From an uncultured bacterium (GTDB lineage Bacteria > Acidobacteriota > HRBIN11 > JAKEFK01), in NCBI GenBank assembly GCA_963777505.1, contig CAVZQN010000003.1, forward strand, positions 352,001 to 416,000: 64,000 nt of DNA, read 5' to 3'. Position numbers and translations under genes: made by a program. Shown piece after piece: positions 8,579 through 16,582 of the stretch. The notes under the pieces are model-generated. The model was not told where the DNA came from. It was given only the letters and a program-made list of their open reading frames with translations, and made no database searches. The first letter of the stretch is position 1; each line of letters opens with the position of its first letter.

Positions 8579-10171
8579 ATGAAAGGTGGAGGAAAGAAAA
8601 TAATGGCCATTGCGTTAGCATTTTTCGCGATGGTTTTGGCGGCTCAACTAAATGCAACAACGATAGCGTATTATGCCGATGGTACTCCCGGCGGTAAGGA
8701 CGAAGCATCAAAAGCTTATAGAGTTGCCTACGATTTGTTTTTAAATGAAGAATGGGACAAGGCAATTCCAGCTTTGCAGGGAGTAGAAAAACAGTTTCCA
8801 AAAAGTTCAGTTGCAGATGACGCTGCATTTCATGCCTGTTATGCATTGGACATGTCTGGCAAATCACGAGAAAAAACATTCGCATGCTATGACCAGTTTG
8901 TAAAAAAGTATACGAGCAGTAATTTTCTCGGTGATGCAACTCAAAATATGATCCGGCTTGGTAATGATTTGGCGGGAACTGATCCAAAGTACAAAGCAAT
9001 GATTGAAGGATTCAATAACAGCAAAAACATAGAATTGAAATTGCTTGCGTTACAGGCATTGTTGGATTCTGAGGGAGATGAGCAAGCTCTTCCCATGATC
9101 ATCAATTTGTACGACAAACTTGAGAAACCGGCAGATCGTGAAAAAGTTTTATGGATCATGAATGATATTGAAGATCCAAAGGTTATCGTTAAGATGTCAA
9201 CAATCATTCAAACAGATCCATCTGTAGAGATCCGCAAGAAAGCAGTCTATGCACTTGGGGATCGTGGGCCAGAGGCTACACCAGAATTGAAGAAGGTTCT
9301 GGCTTCTAAGAATGATCTTGAAGTTCGTAAGGCTGCATTACATGCGCTTTCGAACACAGAGGATCCAGGCGTGGTCAAAATTTTAGGAGATGTTGCATCA
9401 ACAGAATCGAATGAAGAACTCGCCAAGGCTGCAACGTATGCTCTTGCTGACGTGGAAAATCCTGACGCAATAGTTGCCTTGCAATCGATCTTAAAATCTC
9501 AAATCAGTGTTGAAGTTCGAAAAGCAGCGCTTCATGCGCTGGCTGATCATGGTGGTGGAACGTCTGTCGCCACGTTGAAGCAAGTCGCATTAAATGATTC
9601 GACTGGAGAGTTACGCAAGACCGCCACATATGCGATTGCCGATGATGATACAAAGGAATCATTCGAAGCATTAAAAGAAATTTTGGCGACAAGCAAAGAT
9701 CCTGAAGTGCAGAAGGCCTCCTTATACGCAATTGCCGACAATGTAGGGCCAGGAGCGGCAGACATATTAATGCAAACTGCAATTAACAATCCGCAAGAGG
9801 AACTTGCAAAAGCGGCAGTTCATGCACTTGCAGAAGCAACGGAAGGCGATACGGCTCTACTGCTTCAGGTATTTCAGAAAGGGAAATTTCCTGACGTAAA
9901 AAAAGTTGCTCTCTATGCAATTGGCGAGCGCAAAGGAAAAAGTGCCATTGATTCACTTTCTAAGATTTTGAAAGAAGAAAAAGAAGAAGAATTTCGTGTT
10001 GTCGCTTTGTATGCTCTAGGAGAAGTTGGCGATGCTGCAGTGCCAATCTTGTTGCATACAGCAACCAATGATCCAAGTACTAGAATCCGTACGACTGCTG
10101 TTCAGATGCTTGGAAACATTGGAACACCTGCAGCGAAAGATGCATTGATGAAAATTCTGGAAAAAGAATAA
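8579..10171 (+). CDS. Exported TPR (BamD/YfiO-like) + HEAT-repeat protein
   Basis: RBS GGAGG, signal peptide, FPKSSVADDA.F motif, about 10 repeats of EVRKAALxAL. Confidence 0.88.
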   Translation: MKGGGKKIMAIALAFFAMVLAAQLNATTIAYYADGTPGGKDEASKAYRVAYDLFLNEEWDKAIPALQGVEKQFPKSSVADDAAFHACYALDMSGKSREKTFACYDQFVKKYTSSNFLGDATQNMIRLGNDLAGTDPKYKAMIEGFNNSKNIELKLLALQALLDSEGDEQALPMIINLYDKLEKPADREKVLWIMNDIEDPKVIVKMSTIIQTDPSVEIRKKAVYALGDRGPEATPELKKVLASKNDLEVRKAALHALSNTEDPGVVKILGDVASTESNEELAKAATYALADVENPDAIVALQSILKSQISVEVRKAALHALADHGGGTSVATLKQVALNDSTGELRKTATYAIADDDTKESFEALKEILATSKDPEVQKASLYAIADNVGPGAADILMQTAINNPQEELAKAAVHALAEATEGDTALLLQVFQKGKFPDVKKVALYAIGERKGKSAIDSLSKILKEEKEEEFRVVALYALGEVGDAAVPILLHTATNDPSTRIRTTAVQMLGNIGTPAAKDALMKILEKE

Positions 10172-10187
10172 CCAGATACGCAGCAGA

Positions 10188-10274
10188 AAACGCCGAGGCG
10201 CTTGGAATTTCTAGAATTCCTGGCGTACTCGGCGTTTAGAATTTTAACCGCAAAGACTCTGAGCCTCTGCGGTA
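10188..10274. repeat. Two palindromic repeats between convergent genes (AAACGCCGAG...CTCGGCGTTT; AACCGCAAAG...CTCTGCGGT)
   Basis: Inverted repeats at 10188-10237 and 10246-10274; members of the dispersed ACCRCA family. Confidence 0.7.
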
Positions 10275-10282
10275 AGAAAACT

Positions 10283-11023
10283 CTACCGTAAGCCGAATTT
10301 TGGGTTCAGTTCGACACGATCGGTACCATTTCCATAATAAATACCCCAGCGGATATCGCCATTGATGTGTCGAATTTTTACAGGCGCATAGTGACGTCGT
10401 TGTGGAAGATTCAATTCTTTTTCAATTCTATTAATGAAAGAAACAGTATCACCTTTCACAAGACTATTTTTTTCAATTGCCTTTTTGTTCGGATCTTTCA
10501 ATTCGAGATGACGATGTGCGAGTTCATGCAAAAATATCATCCCAATATCGAACGCCTCTCGTGGAAGATCGCGGAATACAATTTCTCCGAGATCACTAAA
10601 ATCAAGTTCGATGTAATCGGTTGAAGTCACACGTCCTAAATCAGCATTCCGGTTTTCTCGCACCTTATAAACACTCGAGTTCCGCAAGGCACTCAGTAGT
10701 AATTCTTTTCCAGTTGACGAGCATCGCCGATCTGCAGGAATAGCTCTTTCAAGTCTGTAAACTGATGCCAGACTTGCATACAACGATCTTGGAGGTTCAT
10801 ACAATCTCAGATAATGATTCTTGACCTCTAGAGAAAGACAAGTAATCCTTTCAAGAGATTGAATTAATTCTGAGGATCTTGACTGCGTGCTGGCAACAGC
10901 CACGACACCGGTATTATTTGCTTCTGTGGTTTCGAAATAAATGAAGCCTTCTAAGGTATCATTTATGAAGAGGAATGAGATTGCGACTAAAGCAATAAGG
11001 CCTGAACTTACTTTTAGGTTCAT
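10283..11023 (-). CDS. Putative exported zinc metallopeptidase (HExxH; M91/NleD-like)
   Basis: N-terminal hydrophobic segment, FLHELAHRH, downstream INRIEKELNLPQRRHY resembling the M91 'NxIRxExGLPxRxxY' motif. Confidence 0.6.
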   Translation of the reverse strand: MNLKVSSGLIALVAISFLFINDTLEGFIYFETTEANNTGVVAVASTQSRSSELIQSLERITCLSLEVKNHYLRLYEPPRSLYASLASVYRLERAIPADRRCSSTGKELLLSALRNSSVYKVRENRNADLGRVTSTDYIELDFSDLGEIVFRDLPREAFDIGMIFLHELAHRHLELKDPNKKAIEKNSLVKGDTVSFINRIEKELNLPQRRHYAPVKIRHINGDIRWGIYYGNGTDRVELNPKFGLR

Positions 11024-11170
11024 AGCAAAACTCTCCTGAATGTTGCATGGTTTGCTATTACGTGCCGTTTGATTTACTCAAATCAACACGCGGTGAACCG
11101 TAAAAGAGAGCTGCTATAATTAGAGTTTGTCTTTCGTAAAAAAGTTTACATATTAAATAAACGAGGTAAC

Positions 11171-11653
11171 ATGGCAAATCGTTCCGCAGTTATTGAAACC
11201 AACAAAGGAAATATCAAATTCGAACTTCTGGAGCAGGATGCTCCCAAGACGACTGAGAATTTTATTCGTCTTGCAGAAAAGGGTTACTACAATGGGATCA
11301 TTTTCCATCGGGTCATCAAGGGGTTTATGATTCAGGGTGGTGATCCAACGGGTACCGGCCGCGGCGGCGAATCCGCATGGGGTGGACGATTTGACGATGA
11401 AATCAATTCAAAGTCAGATGTCTATGTCCGGGGATACAAAGCAGGAACTGTCGCGATGGCGAACGCTGGTCCGAATACGAACGGTTCGCAGTTTTTCATC
11501 ATGCATAACGACTATCCCTTGCCTCCCAGTTACACAATCTTCGGCCGCGTTACCGAAGGTCAACAAGTAGTTGATGAAATCGCGAATACACCTATAGGGC
11601 CAAATGATCGGCCACAAGCTCCTATAACAATGGCCCGTGTAACGATAGAGTAA
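11171..11653 (+). CDS. Cyclophilin-type peptidyl-prolyl cis-trans isomerase
   Basis: FHRVIKGFMIQGGDPTGTG, AMANAGPNTNGSQFFI. Confidence 0.97.
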   Translation: MANRSAVIETNKGNIKFELLEQDAPKTTENFIRLAEKGYYNGIIFHRVIKGFMIQGGDPTGTGRGGESAWGGRFDDEINSKSDVYVRGYKAGTVAMANAGPNTNGSQFFIMHNDYPLPPSYTIFGRVTEGQQVVDEIANTPIGPNDRPQAPITMARVTIE

Positions 11654-11682
11654 TTTTTACCGCAAAGACTCAAAGCCTTTCT

Positions 11683-11711
11683 TGTAAACGCGTTCCGTCC
11701 TGAGACTCGTC
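11683..11711 (+). promoter_or_regulatory. Possible ECF-type promoter of the DUF5916 gene
   Basis: TGTAAAC-N18-CGTC: same boxes as upstream of the ECF sigma, spacer one nt longer. Confidence 0.4.
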
Positions 11712-11800
11712 TAATCTGCAGGTAGGGGATAAACCTTTTCGTGACAAAAGGCGGTCTACTGGGACGATCCCGCATATTTGGGATGCCATAAGGAAGAGAC

Positions 11801-14449
11801 ATGAAACGCGTACCGTTCACATTTATGATCCTGGTCTTTGGATTTACAGGAGCACTTTTTTCTGAAGAATCACCATCAACTGAACTGCAGGTACTGGCAG
11901 TGCGCTCAATTCAAAAAATAGAGCTTGATGGAAAACTGAATGAACCATCCTGGAAAGATGTATATGCCATCTCACGGTTTGTTCAAAGGGATCCAAAAGA
12001 AGGATCAGAAGCGTCTGAAAAAACATTAGTAGATGTTCAGTATGATGATGATGCCATTTATATCGGCGCCCGGATGTACGATTCCGATCCAGCCAAAATT
12101 GAAGCACGATTAGGTCGCAAAGATGGAGTGCTTTCTTCTGATTCATTCTATGTTTACATCGATCCGTTCCACGACAAGAGAACAGGCTATTACTTCGGCA
12201 TTAATGCAGCAGGGACTCACTACGATGGCACATTGATGAATGATAGCTGGAACGACAGTTCATGGGATGGAGTTTGGGAAGGCAAAGCATCAATCGATGA
12301 AAAAGGCTGGACTGCCGAAATACGGGTTCCTTATTCACAATTGAGATTCAAAAAAAATAACCAGTACGTTTGGGGAATTAATTTTAAGCGCGAAATTTCA
12401 CGAAAAAATGAAATTGATTATCTTGTCTATACTCCAAAAAACGGCAGCGGTTTTGTTTCAAGATTCCCAGATCTTGTTGGCATTGAAAAAATTGAACCAA
12501 AACAAAGCATTGAAGTCATTCCCTATGTCACTTCTCGCGGCGATTTTTTAGATTATGAGCAAGGAGATCCATTCAATGATGGAACAGGTTATGACATGGG
12601 AGTCGGAGGCGATGCACGAATTAGTCTCGGCACAAACTTAACGCTGAACGCAACCGTGAATCCCGATTTCGGACAAGTTGAAGTCGATCCCGCAGTAGTC
12701 AATTTAAGTGACGTTGAAACGTTTTATCCCGAAAAACGTCCATTTTTCGTTGAAGGTTCCAACAATTTTGCTTTTGGGGAGGGCGGGGCTACGAATTATT
12801 GGGGATTTAACTGGATGGGTCCAGATATTTTTTATAGCCGCCGTATCGGACGCGCTCCTCAAGGAACGGTCGATGAATACGATTATCAGGAGTTTCCGGA
12901 TGGCACTCAAATTTTGGGCGCGGCGAAACTGACCGGCCAGGTTGTTAATGGATGGAACCTCGGAACTCTACACGCTCTAACTGGAAGCGAAACGGCACAG
13001 CTGGCTAGCTCTGACACGATCTTTGAACAAGAAGTAGAACCATTGAGTTACTACTCTGTTTCACGCATGCAAAAAGAATTCAATGGCGGCCGTCAGGGAA
13101 TGGGATTTATCAACACAATTACAAGCCGTAGTTTCAAAGATCAAGTATTAGAGGACCAAATCGCAACCAATGCAGTGGTTCTTGGATTGGATGGCTGGAC
13201 ATTTCTGGATGAGGAAAAGAAATGGGTTGTTACTGGATTTACGGCAGCATCTCGTGTAGGTGGAAACGAATCAGCAATGACAGCTCTTCAAGAGAGCTCA
13301 CGTCATTACTTTCAACGGCCGGATCAAAATTATCTGAGCGTAGATGAAGATGCAACATCGATTAATGGTGGAATCGGCCGCGTTTGGTTAAATAAAGAAA
13401 AGGGCAATTTCATTTTTAATTCTGCAGTCGGTTTTATTTCTCCCGGCTTCGATGTCAACGATCTCGGATTCATGTTTCGCGCAGATCAAATCAATGGCCA
13501 TGTTGGTGGCGGCTATAAATGGACCACACCTGGAAAGTACTTCCGATACGCTGAGGTGATCGGTTCCGTTTTCAGAAGCTATGATTTCGATTTGAACGAT
13601 ACCTGGAATGGTTTATGGAATCTTGTTTATCTGGAATTCCCGAATTATTACACATTGGAAACAACATTTGCTGTAAATCCTGAAGAGACAATCAACAATT
13701 CTCGCACGCGGGGCGGGCCATCAAGTCTTAACCTTCCAGGTTTCGAAGTCGGAATGATATTGAAATCCGATCTTCGTAAGAAATGGGTCTTTGGCGGAAC
13801 ATTCAATTCTTATGAGGCAGATACCGAACGGTACCGCGCGATTGGCGGAAGCGTTGAATGGAAGCCGGTAGCAAATGTCTTAATCAGTGCCGCACCAAGG
13901 TATGAATATGCCCTGAATCCAGCCCAATATATCGATACATTTGAAGATTCATCTGCATCTTTTACCTATGGGAGCAGATATGTTTTCGGCGAATTAGATC
14001 AAAAGACATTTTCAGCCGGTTTGCGGCTGAATTGGACGTTTTCGCCAACGCTGAGCCTGCAACTTTATGGGCAGCCTCTTGTTTCAGCCGGAAAATATAC
14101 CGATTTTAAAGAACTCGCCATCCCACGAAGTTTTACATTCAATCACTATTCCGAAACCGGACACATTCAATTCGATGGCGAAAAGTATCTTATTGATCCG
14201 GATGGACCTGGACCAGGATTACCGGTCGAATTCGATAATCCTGACTTTAATTTCAAGTCTCTGAGAGGAAATGCAGTTTTACGATGGGAATATCGTCCTG
14301 GTTCGACACTTTACTTCGTTTGGACTCAAACCCGTGAGGAAGATGTCCCGGTTGGAGATTTTCAATTCTCACGCTCTGTAGGAAAGATTTGGAATATCCC
14401 TGCAGATAATATTTTTATGGTGAAATTTACATATTACTGGAATTTTTAG
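11801..14449 (+). CDS. CBM9-like/DUF5916 outer-membrane protein
   Basis: Signal peptide, LDGKLNEPSW, WTAEIRVPYSQLRF, TVNPDFGQVEVD, YPEKRPFF, FYSRRIG; C-terminal aromatic beta-signal (KFTYYWNF). Confidence 0.9.
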   Translation: MKRVPFTFMILVFGFTGALFSEESPSTELQVLAVRSIQKIELDGKLNEPSWKDVYAISRFVQRDPKEGSEASEKTLVDVQYDDDAIYIGARMYDSDPAKIEARLGRKDGVLSSDSFYVYIDPFHDKRTGYYFGINAAGTHYDGTLMNDSWNDSSWDGVWEGKASIDEKGWTAEIRVPYSQLRFKKNNQYVWGINFKREISRKNEIDYLVYTPKNGSGFVSRFPDLVGIEKIEPKQSIEVIPYVTSRGDFLDYEQGDPFNDGTGYDMGVGGDARISLGTNLTLNATVNPDFGQVEVDPAVVNLSDVETFYPEKRPFFVEGSNNFAFGEGGATNYWGFNWMGPDIFYSRRIGRAPQGTVDEYDYQEFPDGTQILGAAKLTGQVVNGWNLGTLHALTGSETAQLASSDTIFEQEVEPLSYYSVSRMQKEFNGGRQGMGFINTITSRSFKDQVLEDQIATNAVVLGLDGWTFLDEEKKWVVTGFTAASRVGGNESAMTALQESSRHYFQRPDQNYLSVDEDATSINGGIGRVWLNKEKGNFIFNSAVGFISPGFDVNDLGFMFRADQINGHVGGGYKWTTPGKYFRYAEVIGSVFRSYDFDLNDTWNGLWNLVYLEFPNYYTLETTFAVNPEETINNSRTRGGPSSLNLPGFEVGMILKSDLRKKWVFGGTFNSYEADTERYRAIGGSVEWKPVANVLISAAPRYEYALNPAQYIDTFEDSSASFTYGSRYVFGELDQKTFSAGLRLNWTFSPTLSLQLYGQPLVSAGKYTDFKELAIPRSFTFNHYSETGHIQFDGEKYLIDPDGPGPGLPVEFDNPDFNFKSLRGNAVLRWEYRPGSTLYFVWTQTREEDVPVGDFQFSRSVGKIWNIPADNIFMVKFTYYWNF

Positions 14450-14486
14450 TGGGATCAGGAGTCTAACTAATTGGAGACAAGTGTTA

Positions 14487-14512
14487 GGAACTTTTGTCCC
14501 GTCTTTTGCGTA
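14487..14512 (+). promoter_or_regulatory. Possible ECF-type promoter upstream of the LytTR regulator
   Basis: GGAAC-N17-CGTA. Confidence 0.45.
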
Positions 14513-14577
14513 TTTAGTTTGTTCACCCAAAAACTAAATCTCTTAACTTCGTTAAGGTTAACCTCAACGGGGAGGGA

Positions 14578-15375
14578 ATGTTGATGGTTCCGTTGAGTGT
14601 GTTGAGTGGTGATACGGGATTGCTGGACAAGGATAGCCGGGAACGCATCAGGGTATTAATCATTGATGCTGAACGCGTCGAACGTGAACGTGTTGGCGAA
14701 ATGCTTAAAGAAGACCCGGGTGTAGAAGTTATTGGTGAATATGACAACGGTATCGAAGCTCTAGCTGCAATCCGAAATCTTCATCCTGATCTGATCATTC
14801 TGGATATCCATATTCCAGGAATTGACGGATTTTCACTTCTTGAATCTATTCCAAGGGATCGTCTTCCCGCTGTCATTTTTGTCACCGCTTTCGACCGGTA
14901 TGCCCTTCGAGCATTTGAAGTTTCTGCTCTTGATTATCTTTTGAAACCGTTTGGTATCGATCGATTCCGTAAAGCAATGCGTCGAGCAAAAGTTCAAATG
15001 AAAAGGGGAAAAGTTGAAGAAGAAAAGAGAGAAATTGACCGAATTGCAATCAGAACAGGTAAGAAGGTCTTTTTTCTAAAGTCGGAAGAAATTGATTGGA
15101 TTGAAGCTGAAGGGAATAGCGTCAGGTTACATAGTGGACAACAATCTCACGTGATTCGCACTTCTATCAGTTTGTTGGAATCGGAACTAGATTCCGAAAA
15201 ATTCGTAAGAATACATAGATCAACAATTGTAAATGTGGATCGAGTTCGATGGCTTGAACCATCAGCTCATGGAAACTACCGCGTAATCCTGCACGATGGT
15301 ACTCAGTTGGTTCTAAGCAGGAAGGACAAGCTTTCTCAAGTAACGGGCAATTCGCTTCGGGATCATGCAAGATGA
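14578..15375 (+). CDS. LytTR-family response regulator (orphan; start may be ATG 14584)
   Basis: Receiver with LDIHIPGIDG, FVTAF, DYLLKPF; LytTR domain FVRIHRSTIVN. Confidence 0.93.
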   Translation: MLMVPLSVLSGDTGLLDKDSRERIRVLIIDAERVERERVGEMLKEDPGVEVIGEYDNGIEALAAIRNLHPDLIILDIHIPGIDGFSLLESIPRDRLPAVIFVTAFDRYALRAFEVSALDYLLKPFGIDRFRKAMRRAKVQMKRGKVEEEKREIDRIAIRTGKKVFFLKSEEIDWIEAEGNSVRLHSGQQSHVIRTSISLLESELDSEKFVRIHRSTIVNVDRVRWLEPSAHGNYRVILHDGTQLVLSRKDKLSQVTGNSLRDHAR

Positions 15376-15405
15376 AAAGGATTGAATTGCATCTTCCATG
15401 ATCCG

Positions 15406-15474
15406 GGAGCCTCATGGCTCTTTCTTAGAAGAGAGAAATTTTAGCGGCGGTCCGAATGGGCCGCCGTTTTTTTT
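15406..15474 (+). ncRNA. Candidate antisense sRNA, sibling 1 (3' of lytTR)
   Basis: GGAGCCTCATGGCTC-N5-TAG-AAGAGAGA plus terminator, shared with 18774-18836(-). 15411-15431 is complementary to the TBDR RBS/start. Confidence 0.55.
15444..15474 (+). terminator. Intrinsic terminator
   Basis: GCGGCGGTCC-GAAT-GGGCCGCCGT followed by a T run. Confidence 0.85.
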
Positions 15475-15495
15475 ACCGCAGAGACTTTGAGTCTT
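15471..15495 (+). repeat. 25-bp direct repeat, copy 1 (ACCGCAGAG family)
   Basis: TTTTACCGCAGAGACTTTGAGTCTT, identical to 16558-16582. Confidence 0.85.
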
Positions 15496-16532
15496 TAGGC
15501 GGGTTCAGCTTCAACGATACTATATGGTGATTTTGTCGGAACTATTCTTGTTAGACTGAAACCGGATGTTGCAAGCAAGTTGCTGTACTCACTTGCGGTG
15601 CGTTCTTTTCCGCCCTCCATGACAAGCATCAGAAGGTCAAGTGCTTTAGCCGGACTAGGCTGGTTGTCTTCAGGAACGACCATTTCAATAATTAAGACTT
15701 TACCCTTTCCACTGATAGCAGCACGGATATTCTGAAGGATTTTGATGCTTTGTTCGTCGTCCCAGTCATGGATTATGTGTTTCATCATATAGGCATCCGC
15801 ACCTGCCGGAATTGTTTTGAAAAAGTCACCTGATGCGAGTTCAACGCGCTTGCTAACACCTTCCTTGTTGAGCAATTCCTTAGCTGCGTCAATGACATGA
15901 GGCAAATCAAATAAGATTCCATTCATGTGGGGATTCATTTTCAAGATTCTGGCTAGGAGGAGTCCATGACCGCCAGCTATATCAACGAGTTTATGAACGT
16001 CAGAAAAATTGTAGGCTTCGACAATGGCAGGCATTACATTTTGCGATATATTTGTCATCGCGCGATAAAAAATCTGTCCGGCTTCCGCGTTTTGTTTGAA
16101 ATACTCAAAAGAACTCATGCCCTGAACTTTATCGTGTGCAATGCCGCCAGTTCTCACGCTATACATCAGCTCGCCCCAGGCACTCCAAAGCCAATGTTCG
16201 TCTATCATAATCGCAAAGTCGCGCATTGAATTAGGTACATCACTTCGCAACAATGTAGCAACCGGTGTCAATTCAAACTTCTGTTTGGAGGTTTCCGAAA
16301 AGATGCCGACGCTTGCCAAAGTACGAAGGAGGCGGTACAAAGACGGTTCGTGTGCTTCTGTTGTGGCTGCGAGTTCCGCGATGGTTTGAGGGCCTTCGGC
16401 GAGTAAATCGGCAATCCTGAGTTTTGCAGCAACACAAATGCTTTTCTGCATTAACGCTCCAAAGAGCAGTTGCATCAAGATCGCGTCAGGCGGTGGCGCA
16501 TTTACATCACTATTTTGATTCTGATCAATCAT
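15495..16532 (-). CDS. SAM-dependent O-methyltransferase (dimerisation domain + Methyltransf_2)
   Basis: LYRLLRTL, VDIAGGHG, FDLPHV, GDFF, KHIIHDWDD, GGKERT. Confidence 0.94.
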   Translation of the reverse strand: MIDQNQNSDVNAPPPDAILMQLLFGALMQKSICVAAKLRIADLLAEGPQTIAELAATTEAHEPSLYRLLRTLASVGIFSETSKQKFELTPVATLLRSDVPNSMRDFAIMIDEHWLWSAWGELMYSVRTGGIAHDKVQGMSSFEYFKQNAEAGQIFYRAMTNISQNVMPAIVEAYNFSDVHKLVDIAGGHGLLLARILKMNPHMNGILFDLPHVIDAAKELLNKEGVSKRVELASGDFFKTIPAGADAYMMKHIIHDWDDEQSIKILQNIRAAISGKGKVLIIEMVVPEDNQPSPAKALDLLMLVMEGGKERTASEYSNLLATSGFSLTRIVPTKSPYSIVEAEPA

Positions 16533-16557
16533 GTCTTACCCCCACATTTGAATATTA

Positions 16558-16582
16558 TTTTACCGCAGAGACTTTGAGTCTT
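16558..16582 (+). repeat. 25-bp direct repeat, copy 2
   Basis: Identical to 15471-15495. Confidence 0.85.

Noticed and set aside
11053-11067. Sigma54 promoter for the metallopeptidase
   Set aside because: GG-N9-GC spacing is non-canonical; not called without read correction.
15414-15428. Four-codon mini-ORFs (MALS* here, MAPT* at 18814-18828 minus) in the sibling elements
   Set aside because: The SD-ATG spacing is only 4 nt and lies within a hairpin. The conserved TAR-AAG is explained by pairing with CUUUUA of the TBDR leader. Not fully excluded without ribosome profiling.
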